64,000 nucleotides of DNA, taken from positions 5,964,791-6,028,790 of the forward strand of contig CM082596.2 in assembly GCA_040954595.2 (NCBI GenBank), written 5' to 3'. The translations under genes were made by a program, and so were the position numbers. Each line of letters starts with the position of its first letter. Position 1 is the stretch's first letter. The notes under the pieces were generated by a model, which saw only the letters and a list, made by a program, of their open reading frames with translations, made no database searches and was not told the origin of the DNA. The DNA comes from Balanoglossus misakiensis. Lineage: Eukaryota > Animalia > Hemichordata. This document shows positions 13,307 through 25,700 of this stretch, one piece after another.

Positions 13307-16300
13307 ATATACGAGGAATATGTACCAGATCTATTTAGCGTGATTCTGAAACATTTTTGCTGTGACTCCTGTACTCAAAATGTTAACAAAAACTCTTTTC
13401 AAATTTTAATCCACATATGCATTGTACTAGATGGTAGCTTTTTTTGATTAATTGAACCTTATCTATTCAGTTTGACAACCCAACATTTTTCACTATCGGT
13501 CTTTCTGTACTCAAAATCGTAATGAATATTCTGTTTTATTAGTTTCAAATTGTTATACCTATATAAATTGTACCAGAATGTAGCTTTTTCAACTCGCATG
13601 AAATGAAAGAAATGAATGAAAGAAGAACTGATGATAGTGAATATATTGCATTTTTGAAAAATTTTGTATTATGAATTTATGTAAATCGTTTTCCTCCTGC
13701 ATCATGTATTTGTTATCTGTGTACAAATTTGCATGTACTGGTAGGTGTATTGTCACTGTACTGTTAGTAATTGCCATATACCTGAGGCAAGTCTTGGATT
13801 GGACTCACAGAACAGATCATTACTTTTGACGATTATCATTCCAGCCATGTTGTTGAGTCTCACGGGGTAAAATCCCCCTACCTGCCCTGCTATCCTGTTT
13901 CCGATCTTGCAAGGCATAGACAGCATTAGCATTCACTTAGTCACTGATATGCGGTGGTACTTGTACCTTCTGCTTGCAATGATTAAAGGGGAGTTCAACC
14001 TCTAAGGATTCGATGTGTTGTTTTTCAGGTGGGAGTTTTCTAATTCATAATATTGATCAGATATTTGAAATCATTGCTTATAATGACCCCCTATGGCCAA
14101 TTTCAGATGGTACGTTGACTAACAAACTGCCGAGTCAGTGATTTTTGTAGCACTGGCTTTTGCATGCTACTGTCGGTGAAGTATAAAATATGCTTAAAAT
14201 TCTGTCTTGCCTTGTACATGATTCTCTCTCCTCTCTCTCACTCAATTTTTGTGAAAAACAAGTTAAGTGTTTACAACAATTGTGATAATTTTGTGTGTGA
14301 CTTGTATTCAGATGCGCGGTTGCCATGACAATTATACAGTCAGCTAATGTCAAAACTGTTGTACGTACATGTATTTTATTGACCCTCTCCACAATCATTA
14401 AAAATAAAAGTATGTTTTCCGGGTCTATAAATAGATAACTTTGAAGTAGTTTAGTGATTAATTGATTTTCAATAAATGGGAACAATTGTTGAGAATTCTG
14501 TTTCTTCTGTTCAAAGGGTAGTCTCTTGTGAGTGCGTTCTTTCTCTGTATTGATCAGTGGTGAGGATGATTGAATTTTTTTCTTAAAGCAATATTTCATC
14601 GTTTTCCGCCATTTAGACGTTATTGCTTGTGGGCGAGATGTAATCTGCTAACATCATACAGAAATGAACTGATGAATTTGTACGTTCTTCAAGGCCACTT
14701 AGTCAACTTGGATGAAGAAAAGATTTGTTTCTGTTCAAAATATTTACACAAAATATTCTCCTTGCTGTGAAAAGAAGTCAGATTCCCTATTATATGTGGA
14801 AATTGCAGAATTGCCTTTCATTCAGTGAAATGGAGCAGAACCCCAAAGCTGATGTCATCACTCAGAATGTGTCCTGACGTACAAAAAACCCCAGTGTTTA
14901 CCCGTGTTTGTTCTGTTGAGTTTGTGTACTGACATAGCGTGACACAGTTTGACTGATGGCTTTTTTGACTGCATTTGACCAGACTCGAATGCTGTCGCCT
15001 TTTTCCCTACCAGTAGCAGCTGTTGGTTACTGCAAATAGGTAGTTGTCAATGATATAGTCTCCGCTTGAGCAATAGATTGGAAAAACATCAAAGTCATCA
15101 TTGATTCTGTTTAATGTAAACTTCTACAGGTCTGTTCCAAGCATACCAATACACTAACTCCCATTCTAATCAAAATACTAAGTAAACCACTGTGTTCAGT
15201 GTAGCGTTATTAAACATTTTCTATCGGTTTGACATGTTCATGCTAAATTCTGTTGGGGTCCACTTCCTTTAATCAGAAATGAGATGGAATTGTAATTTCG
15301 TTTTGTCGCAGGTCATCATGCGGTATATCAGTAGAAGTGAGTCGTTTGTAATAAAATCAACAATTTAATAAAACCCAACTTTGATGAGAATAATTTGTAT
15401 GTCAAACACGTACCGGGGTACGTAAGTGGTCGAGGGCTGTGTTAGTCTACTGGTGTATGGAGTGATCAGTTCTACACAGGCAGAGAGACTGGTAGTTGCT
15501 CTCATAATAGCTAGGCTACTTGACTTTGATGTTGTCTGACAGACTGTCAATCCACTAATGTCAAAGTTTTTCTACCACTGACATGTCCAATCAGGCTAGG
15601 TCACCCTGCTCTTTGTCAGTTCTCGGAACACGACCACTGTCAGCGTAAAACCACCTTTGATGGCAGAACGATGGTAATTAATGAAAATTGATGTACCTTG
15701 AGATCTGGTCAGCATACAGATTCACTTAGTGTCTAATCTCGTTGTGGTACTGAAGCATAGCTTTTTTTTACTTCCTCATCAACTTTTACGTTTGCCAGTC
15801 AGAGGGCAAAAACGACATATCCGCATGGCTGTAAAATGAATTGACAGAATCAACAGTAGATTATCTTGTATTGATAGCGGGATTTTTACCGCTACCCCAA
15901 GTGAGCTGTGTTTTTTATGTGTAGAAACTGAGTACCCAGGGGAATTTCTGTGGGGTTCTGTAACAGTGTAATCGAGCATGTTGTCAAGACAAAAACATGC
16001 GGTGTTTCCTGTACATTAGCGCAGGGAAAAAAAGGTACTGAGGAGCAGTGTTCAAGTGATCGGAAAACGTGAGTGGGCTTCTTGAGACGGAATCTCCATA
16101 AAACAAGATAAAGGAATCAGTGAAGCAGAAGTGAAACTCAGCGCAAGCCAGAAGGTTAAAACTGAGGTTAAGTTTCTACGATATCTGTTGACGTAGGCTG
16201 GAACAGAGTTGCTGATATCGTTGTGGGGGAGGAATATTATCGTCCTGTTTCCTTTGCTGCCTTGGCAACTAGGGAAGATTTTGAGAAGAGATTAGAAAAA

Positions 16301-18267
16301 GCATTGGGCACTCCGATTGATTGAGATTTCCTGAGTACAGAAAGTACTCTTCAACGTTTTATTGTTGACTGAAGTGGTTTTCTCTGCAGTCATGTTTCTC
16401 GTTCTGATTTGATGGCTATGATGAGGCGATGAACGTACCTCGCCTGCAGAGGATTGATGTCGGTGGTAAGCAGGTGTTAAGGTGGCTATAAAACTCAATT
16501 GCTTCTACTGCCAATTGATTACAACCAGCAGATTGGAAAGCCGATTTCGTGGAACCACAGGTGTGAGAGGAGGTATTTTTAATCTACGTCTTTTTTTTTG
16601 TCATACCTGAAGAACTGCTCCCGGGTCCTCAATCTCACTAGTTGCATTCTTTTTCGCGTGTTGTAAAACAGTCTTTGTTTGGGTTTTTGGTTTGGCATGA
16701 AAATTTCACACGAGGGAACACAAAACAGTTTGATTAGTCCTTCTACAGTGTAAAGAGACTGTCAATCTTGACTAAGCATGCAGACTTATGCACGTATGGC
16801 GGAGACATCAAAGCAGATTGGTGACTGGCACAGCCAATGGGCTGTCCATCCAGATAAGCATTTTCTGTGTAGCTGCACCAGTCTGAATGATCTGGGTATA
16901 TTGCCATATATAGGAGTCCTGGTTTCAGACTGACATGACCAGTGTATTCTTTTGCAAGGACGAACGCATCTTTCAAAGTGATTATCATCGTCATATCGCT
17001 TGTTGGACTTTGGAAAGGAAATTATTCCAAAGGTTAATGGTGTTATTGTCTGTACTGATACAGGTGGGTTAATTACTGCAGGTGCCTGGCATTGTGTCAT
17101 ACACAACACGTACATGTACCACTCAGATCATACACACAATGACGGACGTAAAGAAATGTCAGGGAGGTTTAGGCCTGGTTAATATTGCATGTGGAACTAT
17201 TAAACCTGCTGGGATACTAGTTACAGCTTTTAATAACTGTGTTGATTTCAGTGTGACCGATTTTTGTTGTTGTTTCAAGGAAACGACATGTAATTAGAAC
17301 TACCGTATGTTAAATTTCAGTTAACAGTACTGGTATGTCCGAATTCTGTTACGTGAAAAAGCAGATCGTTAGAACTATTAATAGAAGATGTTTACGCATA
17401 ACACAAAAGGGAAACGTTGAAAGGAAAAGTCGAGAATTGACTGTGGATGTCGCATTGAATAGCCTGGCCTCGGCTGACTTGCCATGGAAACAAAATAGAA
17501 AAATTCAATATTGTCTCTGAAAGAAAATTGAATTCAAGAGGAAATACCATTATATTAGGAATCCATTTCCTGTGCGTCTCTCAGGAGCAGTTAAAAGGTT
17601 TTGAATGCGATGTGTTTGGTTTTGACTGTGGTGGTTTTGAAAATAGGTGGCCGGGTTGTTGCACAAATCACAAATTAATTTGGACAGTTTCTTTAATATT
17701 GATTACTATCTTAACGATTTATACTGATAATATACGTCAAAGATGCGTCATCTAATTACTGTTACATTCCCTCAGAATTTCCTACTTCTGAATACTATTT
17801 ATTGTCTGTGTGCTGTGAACAAAATGGAATTACCTGTAGTCGTGTTTTTGATGAAAAGTTCTTTTTTTGTGGGGCTGTGTCTTCCTGTTTGTATTTTGAT
17901 ACACACTCTGTTGATGTCACTTTCATATTAAATTTGCCGTTTTCCTGATTTAATAAAAATCTACACTTTGTGTGGAGAGTTGTTTGACATCATGCATTTC
18001 AACTATCCCTTTTAACCTCGTGACATCTTAAATTTGGATGCAGTCCATCTTAATTTAAAGTGTACACGTGTTGGGACAGGCTTTAAGATATATGTATCTT
18101 AGACTTATTGGTGACCTGGTTGAGGAGGTCTTTGCATTTTATTGCCATCACTTTGGCCACAACACTTTGCCAATGCGTTTTTATCACAATCTGTGGCCTC
18201 AGTCCAAAACAAACAAGCCAGGATGTTTGCAAACAAGACATAATGAAGGCCGTCTGAGGACAAAGAT

Positions 18268-19738
18268 AAATATAGCTGCAAGCAGCAATAGCGGGCCCAA
18301 GCCAACATAGCACATAGCAACATAGCAATAAGCATATCTGCACTTGATGCCAAGATATGGTAAGGTAGGTCAAAGGTCAACTGAGGTCATGTTATATTTA
18401 GGCAAGACATTTTTACCCTATACTGGTCCATGTTCAACAAAAACCAAACCTATAGCCCTATTGGTTAGCCTGGAATTAGGTATGCACATAATTAATGAGG
18501 TAGGCAGGTGTCACAGGTGACCCCCAATTTTGGCTTTTCAATTTTAGTCCAACCCTCCAAACCCCAAGTCTGTACCTGCTCTGGATGCCAAGATCTGGTA
18601 AAGTAGGTCAAAGGTCACCTGAGGTCATGCAAAATTTGGGCAAGAAATTTTGACCCTATACTGGTCCATGTTAAGCAAAAACTAAACCTATAGCCCTATT
18701 GGTTAGCCTGGAATTAGGTATGCACATAATTAATAAGGTAGGCAGGTGTCACAGGTGACCCCCAATTTTGGCTTTTCAATTTTAGTCCCAACCCTCCAAA
18801 CACCAAGTCTGTACTTGCTCTGGATGCCAAGATCTGGTAAAGTAGGTCAAAGGTCACCTGAGGTCATGCAAAATTTTGGCAAGAAATGTTGACCCTATAC
18901 TGGTCCATATCCAACAAGAACAAAACCTCTAGCCCTCTTAGTTAGCCCAGAATTAGGTATGCACATAATTAATGAGTTAAGCAGGTGTTACAGGTGAGCC
19001 CAAAATTTTGCCTGTTATTTTGGTCCCATTGTGGTCACTGCCCAATACACAGTCACTGTACAGGACCGTTGCACAGACCAGAATTCCACACTAAGACGTG
19101 TAGTGTTCATAGCTTAACTATAGAGGTATAAGTAAAAAGGTATAAATTTAATTAAAAAAATTAATATAAAAAAATCGGTCGATTTTTCATATTATTTTTT
19201 TTCGCTTAAAATGATTGACAAATGCTAGGCTAGCTGCACACCAAAGTTTGAGATGATCAGCCTAACAGATTTTGAGATATGTATGCATATTTATCCAAAA
19301 TAATATGTGGTCATAGCTTTACTATGTAAAGTATAGACCGATGGCTTGGGCGAAAAATATGGAAAATAATACTTAAAAATCTTCTCCTCAAAATTGACAT
19401 GGCCTATGGCCTTGACATTTGGCATGTAGAACCCTGGCCATATGGTCCACAAAGTATCTGAACAGAATTTTGATATCTCAATTCATATGCAAATTAGGGC
19501 GATTTGAAAATTTTGCCCATATATGGTCATCAGGTCACGTGACTAATTAAACATTCACGAGGGTACTGCACCAGCTCTCATTGGCCTGCACCATTGTGCT
19601 AAGTTTGAAATTTTTAGGTTCAGCCGTTCTCCAGATCTAGCTGGACAAAAAAACGACACAAGAAGAAGAAGAAGAAGAAGTAGAAGAAAAATCCCAGTAA
19701 TACCAATAGGGCCCAAGCCTGCTGGGCTTGGGCCCTAA
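18268..19738 (-). mobile_element. Non-autonomous Helentron-associated (HINE/DINE-1-like) element
   Basis: One end has a 13-bp palindrome TAGGGCCCAAGCC-tgctg-GGCTTGGGCCCTA (19707-19737) next to a (GAA)n microsatellite (~19660-19689). The other end has the matching subterminal repeat GGGCCCAAGCC (18293-18303) and a small hairpin GCTGC-AA-GCAGC (18275-18286). Internal tandem repeats are present and there is no ORF. This is the known DINE-1/HINE layout. Confidence 0.8.
18336..19020. repeat. ~239-bp tandem repeat, about 3 copies, internal to the Helentron-like element
   Basis: GATGCCAAGAT..GGTA..GTAGGTCAAAGGTCA and AATTAGGTATGCACATAATTAAT recur at ~238-239-bp spacing. Confidence 0.95.
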
Positions 19739-22701
19739 CAAATTTGTCTGTTACTGTACGTAGAGAGAGATTCTATCAGTTCATACCACTACCTCAGATT
19801 CCATTACTAGGTGAGTGTGCTCCATATTTTCTGGTTCACACTACCCGGCTAATGATGTGTATTCAAAAGTTTTGTGTTGGGACACAGTACCTCATGTACA
19901 GAGTTTTTCTGATGTAAGTTTCCGAACCAGTTCTCTGACATGCTTATGTCTAAATCTCAGAGGAAACTGCCTAACAGTATATTATTACGCGTGTCCATAA
20001 ACCCTGGGTCTATGATGTGACATTAGCAAATTTGTCTTTTATCGCATGTCAGCTGAAGTAGAAGGTAAAAGGTCGTTTACCCTGACAAGTGTGAAAAGGT
20101 CATCTGGATAAAATATCAGCCAATCCGGAGAGGGTTTTTTTTAGGTCATCACAGTAAAGCTTGCGTGATTGGTTGAACAGGTCACCAAACAGTAATATCT
20201 GTGTCCCCGGGCTCTATTTTACTAACATATGCGTTCCGAGATTTGCAATGTCTGATTTGGGCCGGAGAGTTTGAATCAAAGATATTTTTTTGTCTACCAA
20301 ACTTGCTGTCTCTACTTGCGGAATTCTGATCATCTACTATGCGTTCTGCAAGACGTAACCAAGGTCTCGGGAAACAGATTCAAGTCTTGATGGCCTCCAC
20401 GCCAGTCAGTGTTGAACATACACAGCATTATCCGAATTGTTGCGTTCAGAAGGTCAGTAGATGGACGGGCTATTTTTGATGACACTTAAAGTCGGCACGT
20501 GTGCGTTACGATTCAAAGAGAAGTCATTTAGTTCGCAGTGACTGTGTATAGACTTAGTGAATGCAATGTGCGTGTGTGCTTTTTTGTGGTCAGTTATTTG
20601 GGTCACTGCTTTCACATGTAAATGTGAAAAAAACACCAGTGACAGAAAGTCACTGGTGTTAATTTTGCAGTTGCAGTTTTGTTGCTGCGTTTACAATCAT
20701 TGCCGTGGCAATGCTTGTTCAGCATCAAATGCTGACTCGGTCTCAACTTGGTCTTCTTTTCAACAAATTCTAATCAGATTGAAGTCAGCGCAACTCACTA
20801 CTGTAGATTTGTGTTGGCCTACCTTGAGACAGGACATCCATAACAAATAGCTAGAAGTCATAACATGTTAAAATGTTTACTATTACTACTAGTTCCTACC
20901 TTACATGTATGTCTGCTTCCAGGTCATATCACGTATTCATGTTCAAATTCCGAGACGTTCCACAAATTGCAAATGAGGAGACTCTCTTCCACCCTGTGGT
21001 CCAAAAAGTTCAACTTGAACGTTCTTGAAAACCTGCAGAAAATGTGAAAATTGTTTTGGTGTACTGTAGGTTTTGGCGGGAAATTGTACAGCTTAGCCAA
21101 GTGGCAAGTTTTGAGGATTTGGAGTGGTTCTGTTTATAGTCATCAACGGTATTTAATGGCCCATGATCTCTACAGTGATCCCCACATAATCATGGTTATA
21201 CCAGAAGCTGGCTGTTAAATGTTAGAATCAAGTGCCGACATGAAAAGTTTTGAAATATGTCAGGTGTAACCAAGTGGTGATAGTTGCAGTCCTAGAATGT
21301 TATGACTTCTAGAGTTTGACCTTGACCTCAGTTAAAAAGTCAGAGAAAGGACCAAATTTTCAGGGTTGAAATGCTGGTGCGATTGTGTTTCATGTTGTGA
21401 CGCAATGTGTAAAGAGTTTATCAGACAATGTACCGTTTCATCGTACCATTCCTGTTTTTATCTGGAAGTGCGATAGTACATGGATGATGCAATCCTGGGT
21501 AGAAGAACTCTGAACTGAGGGCTATACATTATTCATGGCCTGTATCCTAATACTCAGGCTGTCAGGTTCCCACCCACCCCATTCGTCAAAAATCTGTCAT
21601 CAACAATCTGCTCGCTGCGTACGACATGGCAGAGGGAATCGTCCCAGCCATATGCCAGCCTGGCAATATCTCTTGGTATACAAGCTACGTTCTTGAAGCT
21701 CAGTGATACAATCAAATTTTGTGTGAAACTAGAATAGGTGCAGAGCTTAGTAAAAATTGTCACTTTTGTGCCGTTTCAGTTCAACACAATGGGCCATGGT
21801 TTTGTTTGTCCGGTGTCACAGTATTGTTTGTGATGTGTCACAAAAATGTCCTCCCATATAAATTGCCTAGCCATGCGAAATCTTGCAGGAACTTGCGGAG
21901 ATTGAAAAATTGTTAGTGAAAACTGAAATAAGAGGTTGTAGACTTACTTTATAATTGCTCAGGTTGGGAAGGGTCATTTTGACCTTAGTACTTCTTGAAA
22001 TCAACTGGAAAAAAAGCATGAGAAATTGTTAGCATAAGGAGCTGAGTATGGGAAAGGCATATTGATTTAGCCTTTTGCACTCAGCCCAGTTGAACCAGGA
22101 GGCTGGTACTTGTGTTCGTATCGTTGTTGATGAAAAACAAGGTGCAAGTATGTCACTCTGACTCCTCAATTTCAGGTCATCCAAAATTGAATTCGAGGGA
22201 TCATTTTTAATTTGAATATTAATAATTTGCACATAATTCATTGGCATATGAATGAATGAATTGACAACTGAAGTACAGCGATGTGTAATGTTTAAAAATA
22301 TATATTTGTAGGTTATTAAAAGATGTTAAATGAAAAATGACAAGCTATTCGGAAGTTGGGTTTCAGTGCATAAATATGTCTGGATCAGTATTTGTACCAA
22401 CAGTGTTTCATAGTATTCTCTTGAGTCAGCATTGCTGTTTGGTGACACGACAGACAATTTGAGTAGACTGAGTATTGCTCACAGAGTATTGGATACTTGT
22501 ATGTCTTGTTTGTGTACGTTTGGGACTTTCTCGTTTTTGCCAATGCTTCAACTTATGTGTCTAAAACTTATGTGTCTATTACCCTCATTTATTTTTTCTC
22601 TTTTCAGGACAATTGTTCCAATACATGTACACAGTTACCTTGTGAGAATCCCTCCTGATTGCCACCCTGGGACGTCGTACTCTGTCTGACCAGCGATCGC
22701 C

Positions 22702-25700
22702 ATGCAGATTCTTCTGAGCAAGAAGGCCAGCCTGTGGCACCGACGGATGCACTGCCTCTTGCTGTGCGTCAACAAGGAACAAGTGAGCAGCGAGGCGGGA
22801 CTCTCTGTGTTCGGCGGCGGCGGCAAGACTCTGTTGTGTAGCGCGGAGGAGGCGGCGGGCGGTCTGATGAACCGGATCCTGAAACGCAACTTGCACGCCT
22901 GCTGCGCTGCCATCCTCAGCTGTTGGCCGTCGCCGTCGCCATGGAGCGGTCTGGCGAACCCCGGCACCAACCCGGCATCCAGAATGCTGTCGTACTCGCC
23001 TGCAGCATCAGCCGGCAGGAAGACGGACTTCAAGAGCGACATCAGCCTCTTGGGCAGGGAATCGACCAGACTCACTGGGAAGCTGGGTACTAGAGGGGTG
23101 ACCAATGTGATGCATTCTGGACCACCCCACCAATACTCTCCCGTACAGAAGATGTCCAGAACTGCGCAAGACTTGAAGAGATTTCTGGAAGAGGTAAAAT
23201 TATAATTAATCACTGTTGAGGAACAACAGGCAGCATTTTGTTTTCTGTTTTAAAATATTGTTTGACCAACACAATATGCCTGCTTTCAGTTTTTCGAATG
23301 GCCAGCAAAGTTGGTCATTTTTTACACATCACACATACAATGTACATGTAGTCAACTTCATTGCAAATGCCTAGTGATAATAAAAATCTTCATTTTAAAA
23401 AGTAGTGTTAACTATTTCAAGAAATGAATCATATTTCAAAAACACTTGTGGAGTGATAATGACTGTTGTAAGTTGATACAGCATTATCACTCATGAATAA
23501 GATGTTTTACATACTTTGATGTGTGTTTGTGTTCAGGTCGGCACGGATCCCAGAGAAGCCAGGTATTGGTTGAAGAATTTCCAACGGAGTACAGAACATT
23601 GGAGACCATTCGCTGTTGTGCAGATGGACCAGGAAGTATTCCAGAAACCTGAAATGGTAGGGGTCTGTTTAAGTTTAGGGATTAAAACTGAAAATGTTTC
23701 AATTAATTATTGAAAGTCGAATTCGGTACAGCTACAAGTCGATGTACTTGTGCATGTAAATTATCATTGCTGATCTGTTTGTTTGTTTGTTTGTTTAGAT
23801 GGAGAGTGTTGCCTCCCATGTGTCATTCTTACTACGTCACGACATGAAAATCATTTTGGTTCATGGTAATGTGACTCAGAACTCTACACCAATCTCAACT
23901 GATTCCTTACAGGTAAGTTTTCTCATCTTTGATTTGTAAGTATAGTCCAACACAAGTGATAGGACGAACAATGTTCTTATTAGACTTGTTTATATTATTT
24001 ACTTTCTCAGAAACTTGTCACATATTATTGTCTGACTGTTTGAATTTGCATGTAGGCGAGCAGGTCTCAACTGATGGACGAAACAATGGCCATGGTGAAC
24101 AAACTGGAAAGTCATGGAGCACCAGCCTATCCCTTCTTCAGTGGGGGCAGTGTGCTAAAAGTAACAGCCAGGGAAGGCCAACTATTTGGCGGTAAAATCA
24201 CTGAAGTCAATACCCATCCATTGGAATGGTGTCTGAGGTATGCTTGGCACCCCTCGCCTTTTACATAAATTGGTAGCTTCCACTTTTGCGGTTCAAAATC
24301 AAAATCAAAATGGCCGCCAAATTCTATACCGGTAGATCTATTGACAAAATATGACATTCCTACCTTGTTGACAGATCCAGTCACATACCAGTGGTTGGTT
24401 CCATCGGAGAGACCGAGACGGGCCAACTGATCAACGTGGATGCCTGCCATGCCACAGAAGAAATTGCCAAAGTTCTCACTCCCCTCAAAGTGGTGTTCCT
24501 GAATCCAACTGGTGGTTTCCGGGATGGAAACAAACATGTGAGTTTAGTAGTACCGGTACTCTGCCATCCAAATCCGTGATCTGAGACTGTTTGCAGTGTT
24601 TTCTTTCTCGGGATGGGTTGGGGGTTCGTTTTGTTCAGCGTGTATACTTTGGATCCTGTGGCAACCTGATGAACAAACCAGAAATTGAGAGTACCATGTT
24701 TAATGTGGTAATATTGATATCATCATATTGATTGGTTTTGTTTCTGCAGATAACAATAACTGTATACCCTTGCATCGGGAGCGGTTTTGCATGATGTATG
24801 CTCTTTACCTCATGTTTGTATCTCTCTCACACAGATCATTCCTAATGTGAATCTGCCGGCCGACTATGAGCCCTTGGTGAGGCAACCATGGTGTTCTCCA
24901 TTCATGAAGTACAAGGTACGACCCCAAGACGTCTTCTTGATGTCAGCAATACCTTTAAAATTTCAAATCTGTAATAAGACAGGAAAACATCTGGATGTAG
25001 TTTCATGATGCTATGCATTTCACAGAAGATTCATGTGGCATATATGATGGAAGTGCGAAAAGGAGAAAAGAAATGAAAAAAATGCACTGACATTTTTATA
25101 AAGATATGCGAGTAAAATCCCTGTTTTTTCCTGTTCACACAACAGGTGGAAAGAATATCAAAATTACTGAATCACCTGCCACCGCCATCGTCCGTTGTCA
25201 TGACATCAGCTGACACCCTACTGACAGAGCTTTTCACTCATCGAGGTAAAATTTGCCGATAATTCACAGGAAGTCGACAGATTCTACGATAAAATATGCA
25301 TTTCATGGACTGGTACCACTAAGCGGACTCAAACAAACACACCTACGAATCAACAATTTTTCTGTGCCGAAAGTGACCACCATAAGTGACAAATTCATGT
25401 TATCCAAAACTTGCAGTGTTCATAGCATTATACCTGGGGTCTTTCCACAGTAAGAAAATGAATTGGTATTTTTATTTTTTGTGTGTGTCGCAGGTTCTGG
25501 AACTTTCTTCAAGAACACAGAACCAATACACGTACACCACGATCTGGAGGCTGTGAAACATGACAGAATGACAGCTCTTTTGACCAGGTATGTGGTTTGA
25601 AACCCTTGTAAATACATGACCTGCACTTCTCTGAACTTCACCACTCGGTATTCTAATCTCTAAGCTGTATAATTTGGTCAGGGAACCGGGAACCTGCGCT

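Noticed and set aside
18336-19020. Regularly spaced repeats considered as a CRISPR-like array
   Set aside because: Whole 239-bp units are repeated with no unique spacers, and they lie inside a eukaryotic transposon.
22687-22701. Possible readthrough of the in-frame TGA-C just upstream of the NAGS ATG
   Set aside because: The context TGA-CCAG is not the strong TGA-CTAG motif, and no confirmed upstream in-frame start exists.
22585-23213. Minus-strand ORFs of 103 and 192 aa over the first NAGS coding exon
   Set aside because: Antisense shadows of a GC-rich exon.
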